Source: Camelus ferus (lineage: Eukaryota). From it: 64,000 bases of DNA. Below, one piece after another: positions 50,253 through 63,310 of the stretch (position 1 is its first letter; each line of letters begins with the position of its first letter). A program made the translations under genes and the position numbers. Location of the stretch: the NCBI RefSeq assembly GCF_009834535.1, contig NC_045696.1, forward strand, positions 52,640,001-52,704,000, read 5' to 3'. The notes below the pieces were generated by a model. The model was not told where the DNA came from. It worked only from the letters and a program-made list of their open reading frames with translations, and did no database searches.

Positions 50253-53200
50253 TTACTTGTATTACTTATGTGTCCTTTGATTGGGTACAAGTAACAGACA
50301 CCACCTTTAAGGGTCTGTAAAAGGGATCTATTGAAAGGAAGCTAAATGTCACATGAAATTAAGAAGTTAAACAGCCAAGCTTATGGGAATCAGAGTAGAT
50401 CTGGGAACTTCAACTTAAGGAATTCATAAACTTTCTTTCTGGAGCCCTGCATTTAAAAGACTCAGTTACTAATAACCCCAGCTTCTCTGCCTCTCAATTA
50501 AAAATTCTAGCTGAGAGATAGAACTATATCTCTGTATATATACACACACACAGTGAGAGAGTGAGAGAAAGACAATATGAGAGAAAGAATGAGAGTAAAT
50601 GAATCTGATTGGTCCTTCTTGAGTCAGCTAGTTACCAACAGAACAATCATCTCTGTCTGGAGGAGGGACCAGGTCACATGGTTTAGACAATGTTTTGAAA
50701 CCCACACCTGCAATTTAGTGAGAATAAATTGGCTGAGAGTCTCCTACATATATACTTGTATGTCCACAATAGGGTAGCTCACCAGATTAGGAGGGACTGA
50801 CCTCAGATGTGGTAGACCACTATTTTCCCTTTGACAGTTTTCATTTTGGCCTGTATTGCATATTCTTATTATTGGTAAGGTTATCATCACTGGTGATTCT
50901 TAAAGGAAACTTAACCACACTGATCTCATGAGCTTTTGTATCTAAAAAAGAAAGTTGGGGCAAATCTCCACACCTAGAGTTGACGGGCACTGGATGTTCC
51001 CTGTTTTCCAGAAGCTGAACTCTGCCGGGTACCACCTGGCTAAGAGGAATATCAGCTACCATATATTCTTGCTATTTTTATGTGGCATAGCTTTGATCTG
51101 ACTTTTCTTATTTTGGTTTGTGGGATTCATTTCTGCTACAGGATTGGGCAATAATGGGTGTAAAACATCTCCCTTGGATTTATATCAGAGAAATGCTATT
51201 CCTTGATATTAGTCATCTCATTTTGAATGTCCTTGAATTAATTCCAGCAGTAATCATCATATTTATCTATTTTTAGGAAATTGGCACTTTCTAAAATATT
51301 GAGCTGTTGGCTCCATATACACCAGTTTGCTCTAAATGTAGGCTTTTGGTAATTAGCTTTACATCCACTATTTGTAATCCCAATTCCAAAAACTATTCAG
51401 TGTTATTTTTAAGTGAAAATTTGAAAGATCCTAATGTCTTCCCATTAATGACTACATAAAAGAGCTAGATGAGGCAAGAAAAAAATAAACGAAATGATCT
51501 CCAAAAGTTAAGCAAACTCAGAAGTTAGCTGCTTTTCCAAATGGTTTCAGAACCTCTTGGTCAGCATGACTAGCCTAGGAACTAGCCTAGACTAGGGGCT
51601 GTTAAAATGCAAATCCTCTTCCCACTCTTACTTGCTTTTTGGTTCAGAAACCAATTTACCAGTTTGGAATAAAAACTGAGAAGTAAAAGTTCCTCTTAAT
51701 TGCCAAACTAGATCCTCAACAGCTATTCCAAAAGATGCATTCCACAGTTCTACTCAAACCCCAGTGGAGGCAATTGTCTCCCTTATTTACTGAAGAGGGG
51801 GGAAAATCAAGGCAGAATTTCTTTAAAGAGAAATTATTGGCTTCTAAATAATTAACTTGCAATTGGATTTCTAGACACATACTGTATCGAGGGCAGCCCA
51901 CTTTGGCTATCAGACTCTTACAGGGTTCTAATGAGGGAAGGAAATAAGTGTTGAGGCTGTTTAGGGCAAACATTGCATTTCAAAGTCCCATTTCTTTAAA
52001 TATATATATAAAAAAAGTAATGTTTTATTTGAGAGATGTAAAGGAATAGTGAGACATTATAAGTAATCCATTGCAAATGTCCCCCATTTCATTTTCACCA
52101 TTAGGCATTTGGAGAATTTTTCTTCCAATGTTTTTTTGGATTAATATTTCTAAAAATTTCTGAGATTTTCTAAAGGAAGGGAAGAATATTATCTCACTTA
52201 AAAAATATTGGCTCTTACTTAGTTAGATCTGACCTAGGGGGTTGATTTATTCAAATGTAGTTTTTTTTTGTTTGTTTGTTGGTTGGTTTTTTTTTTTTTT
52301 TTTTGAAGATTAGGTACCATTTGCAATCTTCCCTTAACCATTGCATCTTAAGGACTTATTTACTCCAATGAAAGAGGAGGTGATTCTGTTTATCACCTTG
52401 GAAATCTACCCTGGAGAAATCAGGTTGGTATTTAGTATTCATCTGAATAAATCTTTCACGCTAATTTAAATTCAGTGTTCCTCATGGCTTTGATTGCCTT
52501 TGATTGAGAACACAGAGTGATAGCTTTTGGTAATATCCAGATTTGTCCTCCATACTGATGGACAGTTGACTGGAGAGCTGTATAGAAAACGTCAACAAGA
52601 TCTAGTTTCTTGCATACTTTCTTCCATCTTGAACTGCATACTTTACACCAGCGGAGTGAAACCAATATAGAAGAGGAAATGGAGATTACTATCCTTGAAA
52701 AGGGAGGAAGAGTTATAAAATAGAATTACTGTTTGGAATTGGGCCATTACCCTCTAGTGAAAACTGTCAGGGGAGCATTAATGACCACAGATAGTTCAGA
52801 CTTCACTTCTGAACATCGTATGGAAGATACAGTAAGCCCAAGAACAAAAATATTGAGAAAAGAATCCAAGAAGTTTGGGCACTAGTATACTTAAGCATAC
52901 TTAGGGCCGAATTCATTTTTTATCCTTACTTAATTAAAAAGAAACTTGATTCTTGGCTAAAAAAAGACGATGTATCTTTCGGTAATTTTGGGTTTTCCTA
53001 TAGGCTCTGTAATTCCCCAATATTCTCATTCTAGTGTCATTGGAAACGGATTGGCTCATGTACAAACTGAAGTTTATTTTACTAAGTATATCTTATCATA
53101 ATTGTTGCTTTTACTGAACATGGGTGTATTGTAAAACTCCATTCATTAAGAACCAGACTATAAGAACCACAGGAAACCAATAGAAAAATAAAATTTCCCA

Positions 53201-54489
53201 TAATCCAAGATTTTTAGATATTAAAACATTATTATTTTTCCTTTTATTTTTTGTTGTTAACCTTAGAAAGTGTACCTTTTAAGTTAATTATCTTCTCCGT
53301 AGATTAGACCTCCCTGACAATATCTTTTTAGAGATACCAGCCATTCCAGATTATCCAGCTCATAATATGGAAATAACTACTCTTTCCTCCATCATTAAGG
53401 CCGTACTATCAGTTACCAAATTCTATTTGCAATGTCTTTTACATCTGTCTTTTCCCTCTTCTGCCAGCCTTCCTCAACCAGCATTCTAGCAGAGAACCAA
53501 GCCCTAATACCCTAAGGCCCTGAAGCCCATAAATGTACTCAATGAATTAACCTCTTTCCCATGCATCTAGACCAGTACTAGTTGTGTACCATCCTTGGCG
53601 GAATGAAGAAAACACTCAAATCATTTTTATATATGTTCTGTGGTTCAAATGAGAAGCCTCTAAAGAGAAAGGCTGGATAGTCACCAAAATTCCTCGCTTT
53701 TGGCATTACTTTTGTACACTGCCTGGTGGTTAATCTTACTTTTCACTCCCCTTTTCCTCTGAATTGCAATGATTTCTCTTTTTTTAGAAGGTTAATTCTA
53801 ATTTGTATTTATTTATGATTGTTTTTCAAGGCTTCTTAGAATCTGGTACCAATCTCCTATTCTTGCCTTACTTCCTCCTGGCTCTGCCCTTGACTAAGCT
53901 TATGAAATGTAATCTCTCTGGGTTATCATTTCCTCCATATAAAATAAGAGTAGTGAACTAATTTGTCTCTAAGGCTTTCCAACTTCTAAAATAACATGTT
54001 CTATAGCAAAGCTCCTCCTCCACTTTGGCATTTTATCTCAGCCAGACTTAGTATGAATTTAAGGATTAGTTTCCCTGTACTTTTGTTTATTGTCATTTCC
54101 GCTACTTGGAAAGTCCCCTTTTTGCCTCTAGTTCAGTTTCACCCAACCTCTGAAGGCTGAGTCAAGAGTTATCTCATTTGTGAAGGCTTTCTTGACGACC
54201 ACAGTTCTCCGTGACTTCTTACCCGCTTAGATCTTCAGTAGCATATACTGCCTGTCCTGTTTCTTCATCATTCATTAAACAGAACACTACTTGGTTATCC
54301 ATTTGTATTTGTATGTACCTGATTTCCCCAAACTTGTTTCCAAACTCTTTGAAGGTAAGATACCGAGTTCAGTGCTGGCTCCAGAAACACATATTGATTG
54401 TTTTTGAGGGAGTGCTCAAGACAAATAGAAGGCTCTGTAAACTCTCAGAAAGGCAAGTGGAGCTGTGCATGACCTCTCTGGGACATTTG

Positions 54490-56075
54490 AAACCATGATA
54501 CATGCCTTCTCTTTACTTCCTTGGCTTTTGTAACACCCATTTCTGCTGGGTTTTCCCTTCTTTATCTTTGGTTTCACATCCTTTCTGCCCCACGTCCACC
54601 CCCAACTTGGCTCCCCTTTCTCTGCGAACCTCTGAAAAGTAGATGTTACCCAGGCTTTTGTCCTTATTCTTGCATGTTCTTGCTCAACAGAAGCTCCAAA
54701 AGTAATCTGTACCCACAATTCCTACCTGACTAATGGGTTTCAAACTCTCCTAGCTCTCTAACCAAATCTTCTTCCTGGGCTCTGTATACCTCACTGTCCA
54801 TCAGAAATCTTGTTCTGATGACCCACAGGAGCCCAATCTCAACATGTCCTAAAAATAAAGCTTCATCTCTTGTTCCCAAATCTTTTTTTCCCTTCTCCTC
54901 TAGTCATCTAAATGGAAATGGAACCCTGATTCATTTCCCCAGTCTTCCTTTTATCTTTAGATGCTACTACTTTTTCTAGTTTCTATAAGTAAAAAACAAA
55001 ACATCCTTTCATTCTTTGCCAGCCCTCTCTACCTCAAAAATACGCCTTGTCTCTCTTCCCTTTTCTTCATCTCCACTATTGTCTCTAACCCAGTTGTCTC
55101 TCATGGAGACTAACACAATAGCTTTTCCTTCTAATCTGCTTTCTTTTACCCTCAACCCCTTACGATCATTCTCCTCTCAGGAAAAAGAGTGATCTTTTAA
55201 AAAGTATCTATCCCATCATGTGTTTCCACCATTTAAAAACCTTTGATAGTGTCCTATTCCATGTAGGACCAAAACCAAACTCATTATTACCAAGGCCTAT
55301 AATATTCTACTTGATCCAGGACTTGCCTCCTTCTCTGAATTCTTCTCATAACCATACCCCTCCTGCTCACCAAGTCTACTGGCCTCCTTTTAGTTTTTAA
55401 AACACACCAGGCACATTGCCTCTTCAAAACCTTTGCATGTGTTACTCTCTCTACCCAGAGTGCTCTTTCTCTGACTCTTTACTTAAGAGGCTTCTGGGAC
55501 AAATCCATTTAAATGGGGTCCAGGTCACTTTCTAACACATTACTTCACTTCCTTTATTTTCTTTAAGGATAGCTCTCAGTCTGATTTTTTTAAAAATTCA
55601 CTTGTTAATTTTCTGGTCCCTGCTTATCTCTTCAAACTTGAAAATATACTGCTCGTCACATCCCACACTCCAATGCAACTGTGCAGTAACTCATGTTATT
55701 TCATCCTTTCCCCCTTTCTAAACACTATTCCTTTTGCCTGGAATATCTTCTTTTCCCGTCTTTTCCACATAATACATTTCTAACTTATTTCCACAGTATG
55801 GCTAGAGTTGTATTTTTCTTTGTGGAGACTTCCTGATCCTCCAGGCACATATGTTCATATTCCCTTTGTGCCATCATTGTATCTAGTGCCTGTCTATACT
55901 ACAACATACAACAGACTTTATTATAAGTACTCATTTACATGTCTGTCTCTTTTGCTATATTATAAGCTCCTTTAGGGTAGAAATCATATTTTATTTATTG
56001 TCTCATGTATATAGCCCTAGTTCAATGTTTTGCATATAATAGGCTCCCATTAAATAGAAGTTGCATAAATGAAGC
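54490..56075 (+). mobile_element. LINE L2 fragments (two adjacent 3' segments)
   Basis: CTCCCCTTTCTCTGC..ACCTCT.AAA.GTAGATGTT.CCCAGG, GTGATCTTTTAAAA, CTTTGCATGTG, and tail GCCCTAG..CAATG.TTTGCATATAATAGGCTC..ATTAAAT...TAAATGAA. Confidence 0.75.
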
Positions 56076-57492
56076 CCACACAAATGAACAAGTATCAGTG
56101 TCTAATGAGTAGTACGTGATGGCAAAATTTGGTTAAGTCTAAAGCAAAGGTTGCCCAATTCCCACCAATTAATCATGGGGCCTGCCCACTCTGGCACACT
56201 TTATAGTTAGGCACCTGATAGATCTCTCACTGCACAGAGCTGAAACCGCACAGACCTGGATTTCACCCACGTGGTACCAGCTTGTTGCTTCAGCAAATAA
56301 CTGTCCCCATTTTGTAGAGAGATTCTTCAACACAGACAGAAAGATAGCCATACTTGACACTATAAACTTATGATCTGGGCTAAGGATGACAGCAGCTTAA
56401 AATATTATCGCTATAGCCTTTTTAACCCATTAATATGCCTTCCAAGCTTGGTGCTAAATGTTCAGTCTTTTCATTATATCTAAAACTGGTGCCTTCTGAA
56501 ACCCGTCTCACAGGAGACATGGTCAAGTTCATATACTTCCTCTTTGTTAATGGTAACGACTGCATGTACACACTCACTCCTTTTAAGTTCTTTAATTTCT
56601 AGTTTGAAAAAATATGCACTATGATGTTTAGTTGTTGTTGTTTTCTGGTGCCTGTATATGTGCTGTGGAAGTATCCATCTGTCTGATGTTGTTGTATGTA
56701 TCCCCAAACTGATAAACAAAAGGAAAGATTTTCCTACAGGGGAATAAAGAAACAAATGGCCAGGTAATCATTGACTTAACAACACCTACCATATGTCTGT
56801 TACACACAAAAGTAGGATTCCTTCTGGGGAGTGGAGCCAAAAAGGAAGATACGTTCTTCAGTGTAGTCTATTTCCTTTTCAAGAATACGTATGAGAATAA
56901 AGAAAGGAGAAGAATGGTTCATGATCACTAGGTAGCTGGGTCCCTCTGAACTAAAGCTATATAACATAGAGATTGAAAATACTTTTTTGGTTTGGATGGA
57001 GACTTAAACACTCCTGTAGATTTATTTCTTCAGGAAATGATATTCTAAGTTTCAAGCTGCTAACTTGCAAGGCAAACTTTGGAAACATCTCATTTATAGG
57101 TTGGGGTAATGCTCACTCCAAAATCAAATTTAAGAAGCACCAAAAGAATATAATTTTCCTGTTTAGGGAATGGATGAGCATAAGGAAGGCAAGCTGAAGC
57201 AGACTTCAGCTGAAAAAAAATGAGTCATTTTTCTCAGTTGTACATTTTTTATTTCGGTAATTATGTGGGAGGTGGAGAAGATACATGAGGAGTTTAGGTT
57301 GCTGAGAAAGTAGATGAGAGAAGCAAGTATTTGACATTGGAGAGGTTGGATTGATGGGATATGGCAGAACTCTGAAAGACCCAGCAGACATGGGAGGAAC
57401 TCTTGGAGCCATTTCAGAAAGAGAATTCATTTTTCATCCCACTGATCTAGCCATACATTCTTTTGTTTCCACTTTCCACAGACTTTTCCATA

Positions 57493-57653
57493 GGTTATTT
57501 TCTCCACAGAACCCTTTAAAGAGTGGAAAACCATTTTCCCATGAAAGTTCTTGACTTCTCAATTGATACATACTCAGAGACACCGCAGTGTCAGGCCACC
57601 ATAAATTTAAAGCTGCCAATAATCCCATCATACTCCAAGAATAGCCAACAAAT
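57493..57653 (+). repeat. 161-bp direct repeat, copy 1 (copy 2 at 59028-59188)
   Basis: Gap-free hand alignment at offset 1535 with 13 mismatches (about 92% identity). Confidence 0.95.
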
Positions 57654-58200
57654 CTGGGTTGTTCAGATTAAACGAAATTTGAGCCAAATTCTCTGGAACT
57701 AAGGAGGGAGCTTTCTTAGGATTCCAGTACAGGGTCAATAGGTTAGACCTAAGTTGGTACAAACAGATTAGAGAACAGACTACTTAGACTAGGGGATAAC
57801 AAAATCTACCAGGCACTCACTAAATATACGTTTTTATTACCTCTGAACTAACATTAAGTGCTGCTGTCTTCTCCACCTGAATGTTTTCTTTCCTCCATCT
57901 GCCAAACTATGTTCTGCCTCCAAAAATTCTGCCGAAAAATCAACTCTTTTATAGAATCATTCCAGACATTTCCTCATTCTCCATCTGTATCCATACTGCA
58001 GTCACTGTAGTCACCTCCTTAGTGATTCCTCTTCCCCCATATCATTTTTGTGTGTGTGTATATGTTGCACATATATATGTATACACACATAGAGAGAAAG
58101 AAAGGAGAGAGGGCATATTTATATATGTTTTCTACCTATTATCCTTTCCTGTTTCCCCAGGCACTGCTTAACTTTCAGCACTGGGTTCTCCGCTGTTTTA

Positions 58201-58292
58201 TTTTATTTTTGTTATTTGTAGTGTTTCTTTGTTTTGTTTTTAAGGATTTTTTTTTTCTTTTGATTGATGTATAGTCAGTTTACAATGTTGTG
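58201..58292 (-). mobile_element. Extremely 5'-truncated L1 3' tip with A-rich tail
   Basis: Minus strand reads CACAACATTGTAAACTGACTATACATCAATCAAAAGAAAAA..., essentially the same terminus as the L1 ends at about 40090 and 63260. Confidence 0.8.
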
Positions 58293-58304
58293 TCCACTAT
58301 TTTA

Positions 58305-58465
58305 TTTTTATTTATTTATTTTAATTTTTATTTCTTTTTTGAGGGGATAATTAGGTTTGTTTACCTATCTATTTATTTTTAACAGAGGTACTGGGGATTA
58401 AACCCAGGACCTTGTGTATTTATTCTAAGCACTCACTCAACCACAGAGGTATATCCTCCCTCCCA
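58305..58465 (-). mobile_element. Vic-1-type tRNA-Ala-derived SINE (long form)
   Basis: Minus strand GGGAGGGAGGATATACCTCTGTGGTTGAGTGAGTGCTTAG...CACAAGGTCCTGGGTTTAATCCCCAGTACCTCTGTTAAAAATAAA...AAACCTAATTATCCCC plus A-rich tail. Confidence 0.85.
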
Positions 58466-59027
58466 TCCACTGTTTTAGATTTCACAAACCCGTGTACAAT
58501 GCTTACTACTAACTGCCTTCTTATTTAATCTCCCAGGGAAAAGCTGTCATCCTCTTTCACTGTATGCCTGATGGTAATAATTATCATTGATTAGTAGAGC
58601 TAAAGGTATCTTAGAGATTATCTAGCTTTTATTTTTTTTTTCTTGACTTCTTTTTAGCCACAGAACTTTTGGTCACAGATAATTCTCAGAATCCAAATAC
58701 ATAAGATAGATAAGAGGCTCTGTTTGGCTACAGCAGAGTTCGGTGGCCCAGACTTCTGTCTTGTCAGCCCCCCCTTCTCTCCCCTGATGCCCCACTAAGG
58801 AAGCCCAGGGAGCAGAGTTTAGGAAGCACTGACCTATGTGCAATCTATCATGGTGTAGATGGTGGAAAGTGAAGGTCATTCAGCTCAGAAAGGGACTGAG
58901 CTGGACTTCCTTCCTATATCACTGCTACTTCTTTCAGAGGGGTCCATATCCCTGTACTCTGGACATGCATATCCCTAAATATTCTAAATTTGTGAAGTCA
59001 GCATTTATGTGGTTCATCAGTGGACAG

Positions 59028-59188
59028 GGTTCTTTTCTCAACAGAACCCTTTAAGGAGTAGAAAACCATTTTCCCATGAAGGTTCTGGACTTCTCAATTG
59101 ATACATACCCAGAGACACCACAATGTCAGGCTGCCATAAATTTCAAGCTGCCAATAATCCCATCATACTCCAAGAATAGCCATCAAAT
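59028..59188 (+). repeat. 161-bp direct repeat, copy 2
   Basis: See copy 1 (57493-57653). Confidence 0.95.
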
Positions 59189-60474
59189 GAAGACTCGAAG
59201 TTTTTGTGTTTTCCACTTTTTGACTCATTTATCTTATTTTTCAATTCTCTTTGTCATCAGGACTAATATTGGGAGAAAATATTTTCCTCAAATGGTATAT
59301 GGAAGTCATTTATTCATTCAATAAACATTTATTAATCATCTACTGAGCCAGAAATTTTGCAGAGTACTGAAAATATAGGAATAATTTTCTTTTAAAAAGA
59401 AAGACTCTCTACCCTACGGCAGCTCACAGTATAGTGCGGTAGAGATACCTGTGTCTATTTAAAAGTATGTATTCTAGGATGTGCTCCTGGATAATTTTAT
59501 TACTCTCAGGTGTGTTTTCCTAATTGTTCAGGGATGTTTTCACTGTAGGAATACACCAGTGTTTCTTCTCATGTAGCTGTGACTATCTAATCTGACTTGG
59601 AGGCCTGGAGGGTGAGTTTTATGAATAAGAGAACATTGATAGGTATTAAGACTTAAAGAATACAACTCCAAAGGATTTTTAATGTATGTACAGTACCTAG
59701 ATCTGTACCTGGCATGTGGTGAGGACTCAGTGTTAGCTATTGCTTGTTACTGATGTTGGTGATGATGATGCTGCTGTGTCAGTGGTGAGTGAATCATATG
59801 TCAAGATATCTTTAGGTAGGAAATCCTCAAGGACTAGTTTCTGAATCTTGGGTAGTGTGTGTGTGTATATACATGTCTGAGGTTTAATGAACATACAGTC
59901 AGTTAACTGAGAAATGAGATATCAATGTCACTGATTTAAATTTTGTACACCCTGTGCTCTCAATGGCCTTTAGGGATAATATACATCGATTATTGGACAT
60001 TGGAACTCAGAGATATAATTAGCTATCTCACAGATGTGGCCAATAAAATAGAAATAGAAATTTGAGGCTGCCTTGCACGTGGAAGCTGGAGAGGCTCATC
60101 ACTTCCAGGCAACTGGAATGCGAGCATCTCAAGACCTAGACTCAGCCACTTTCAGTCTTCAAGGAGTGATGCAAAGATGCAATGGCAGTTATAAACTATC
60201 CTCCGTGATGGTGGCATTTGGGGTCTAGTGTCTATGGTGCCCACAAACTGATGTCCTAACCAGTCAGTGGTTTCGTCTTGACTGTTTCCTGGGTCTAGCT
60301 TGTATTCCTTGGTTCCTTCCTATTTTTTGAGCCTTGTTCTCTGGCCTTCCCATCAATAATGTGAGCTCTGATGTTATCTTAATTTAGTCTAGTTTCTATG
60401 CTTTCGAGTAAAAATCTGACTCATAGAATCCAATACTTAAAAAATCAGACCAAAGCTACTAATATGTTTCATGC

Positions 60475-60868
60475 ATATTATTGCAGCAGCCCCAGGGCTT
60501 TTGCACTCACTATTCCTTCTGCCTGAAATGCTTTGTTCACACTTGTTCTCGTGACTTGCACCCATACTTGCTCAGGGCTCTGCTGAAATCTCACCTGGGT
60601 AGATCTCATCAAGGAGGCTTTCTCTTATCATCCTATATAAAGCAGACCCCACCCCACACTCCCTTTCTCTCCCATTTTATTCGCTTTCATTCTTCTCACT
60701 AGCCCTTGTATCCACCCAAGATATTTATTTACTATTATCTGCTAACACCAGTGGCATGTAAACTTCATGGGGGTTCCCTGACTCTTTTAATCACTGATAT
60801 TTCCTGACACCTAGTGGAGTGGCTGGCAATATGAGATGATCAATAAATAGTTCCTGAATGAATAAACG
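60475..60868 (+). mobile_element. LINE L2 3' end
   Basis: CCCCAGGGCTTTTGCACT..CTATTCCTTCTGCCTGAAATGCT...CACTGATATTTCC..ACACCTAG...GGCTGGCA...TCAATAAATA....TGAATGAATAAA. Confidence 0.85.
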
Positions 60869-62950
60869 ACTTTAAATTCTGCTCAGATGTAATAATAACA
60901 ATAAGCTAAAAATATGCTATCACTAATACATTCATTCCACCTTCTTCCATGTTCTTGACTTCTGTCCCTTAATCTCGACCAGCAGCATCCCGTATATTTC
61001 TTTTTGCCTGTCTGTCAGTATAAATATGTGATAGAGTAGATTTGCTAAGAGTAATGAAAGAGGAATTTGGTCCTGCCTCACCACTACAAAATGCTTGTTT
61101 ATCTCTCCTTTTACATTTTAATTGTTTAAATATTTGGGGAGGATTTTCCTGCTGTGGTAAATTTATACTCATTAAATTGTCAGATGCGATGATATTATTT
61201 ATTTATTTGTTGCAGGCACTGTAAGGGGAAATGCTCGCTTTTGCCATTGGCACCATCTGGCTTTGACTGATTATTGTATTTTACCTGATAGTCTTTGGAC
61301 AGGACTATCAGGGTGATGAATGGGTGAGAGTGGGAGGAGTTCAAACACTGGTTGAGAAAGGATAACAAACCTGTAGCAATAAGTCAGACACCAGGAGGCA
61401 TTCTAAAACATTGAATAAGATAGACCATCCATCGCTCCGTCATTTGCATTCCAGGTTAATCTTCAAAGAGCCAACATGGCAAAAACATTCCAAGATAAAA
61501 ACAGCAAGATCTTCTAGAAAAGATTTCAGTTACAAGGCAAAAAGAAAAATCCTTTATGGTTACTGAGTATGCCAGTATTCCACATGGTTGTGGTTGCAGC
61601 TAGAATTCTGCATATATCTTTCCTCAGCATCAGTAACTTACAATCTCATGAAGATTTCAATAAAAATGAACCTTCTCAAGACATTCGAACATTCTAAGAG
61701 AAAATATGATTTGTGGGAATTAAAGAATAGAATGTACATTAGCAAAGAATAGCCAATGGCCAGGCACTGGATTCTGTGGTTACAACCTGACCTGAACCAA
61801 AACCTAATCCCCCTGGCATCCTTGAAGCCTGAGCTTCATCAGAGGCTTTGTTCCAGACAGAAGTGAGGTGATAGCTTAGCTGATGTGGGGCGTCTTCAGC
61901 GTGCCTGGATCCATCTGACAGTCTTGTTGAGGCAGAAAGCCTAAAAAAGCTACTCCAACCTTTCATCTTTCCCAGGAGAGAGACAGCTTTAACGTCTGTG
62001 TGTGGCCAGCCCCCATGTCATTTTGGTTTATCAGCTGGTCATCTATCACTTTCATAGTATCTCTGAGTTAAAAGAAATGTTAGAAGTCACCTTGTCTAGG
62101 CATCATTTATTTATGCATTAGGAAATATTTATTAAGTACCTACTAGCAACTAAAAGATACAGACTGAAAATCTATATGTATCACATATGATTGTCTCCTC
62201 TATAGGATGCATTAACTCCTCTTCATGACATCCTTGTTCAGTTGGAGATCAGCCGTCCCTGAAGTAGCTCCAACATTTTGTGTGTTGTTGCTATTCATTG
62301 ACAAGCCTCCTTAAACAAGAGAAAGCAGGGTAACCTCACTTCAAAGGGTAGTAGGGCCCAACCAAAACTTTGCTTCCCCCTCATCATTCAAAAAGTCAGA
62401 TGCAGAATCCTTGAAATCCAAGTCCAACACTTGAAAATCTGAACAGTTCATTTAGTGAACTCTTTTCACCTTTGTCTTCTTGTCTTGAGCCCTGTCTGAC
62501 TTCACTGTGCCTGGCCATTCTCCCTGATCCTCCAGAGATGTGAGCTGAATACCAAGTTGGGATATTTGTAACCCAATGAGTTTCAGTCTCTTGTTGCCAC
62601 AAGAAATATTCCCAAACCTCTTAATGTGTTTCAGAACACTTTCCCTCCTTCATCAGTGAAGCCTCATCAGCTTGGTTTAGTTCCATTTGCACAGAAAAAT
62701 CAAGCTTTGGAATAAATCTACAGTGTTAAAACAAAGTTCCTACATTTGTAAGATGCTTTGAAATATCTCAAGAAAAACATTTCTTGAGGCTTTCAGCATT
62801 TGGCATTGGCAAGAATTTAGGTATTAAGAGTTCCCACAAAATAAAAATTAAAATGGCATGCAAATATATAGATATACACACAAAACCTAAACTATGGAAT
62901 TTTAAGGATTTTTGAGATTTCTAGAATGGTCAGTTGTCACTTAGAACTGT

Positions 62951-63310
62951 GATACCACTCTTACATGGAATCTTAAAAAAAAAGACACAAATGAACTTAT
63001 TTACACAACAGAAACAGACCCACAGACATAGGAAACAAACTTGTGGTTACCGGGGGGTAAGAGGGTGGGAAGCGATTAACTGGGAGTTCAAGATTTGCAT
63101 ATACTAACTACTATATATAAAATAGATAAACAACAACATCCTACTGTATAGCACAGGGAACTATATTCAACATCTTGTAACCTATAATGAAAAAGAGTAT
63201 GAAAACAAATATATGTATGTATATGTATGACTGAAACATTCTGTACACTAGAAATTGACACAACATTGTAAACTGACTACACTTCCATAAAATAATAATA
63301 ATAATAATTA
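62951..63310 (+). mobile_element. L1 3' end (same family as 39831-40132)
   Basis: GACACAAATGAACTTATTTACA.AACAGAAACAGAC.CACAGACATAG.AAACAAACTT.TGGTTACC...CACAACATTGTAAACTGACTA plus (AAT)n tail. Confidence 0.92.

Noticed and set aside
57493..59188. The 161-bp repeats as LTRs of a small retroelement
   Set aside because: No TG...CA termini, primer-binding site, polypurine tract or flanking TSD; the interior is ordinary intron with unrelated insertions.
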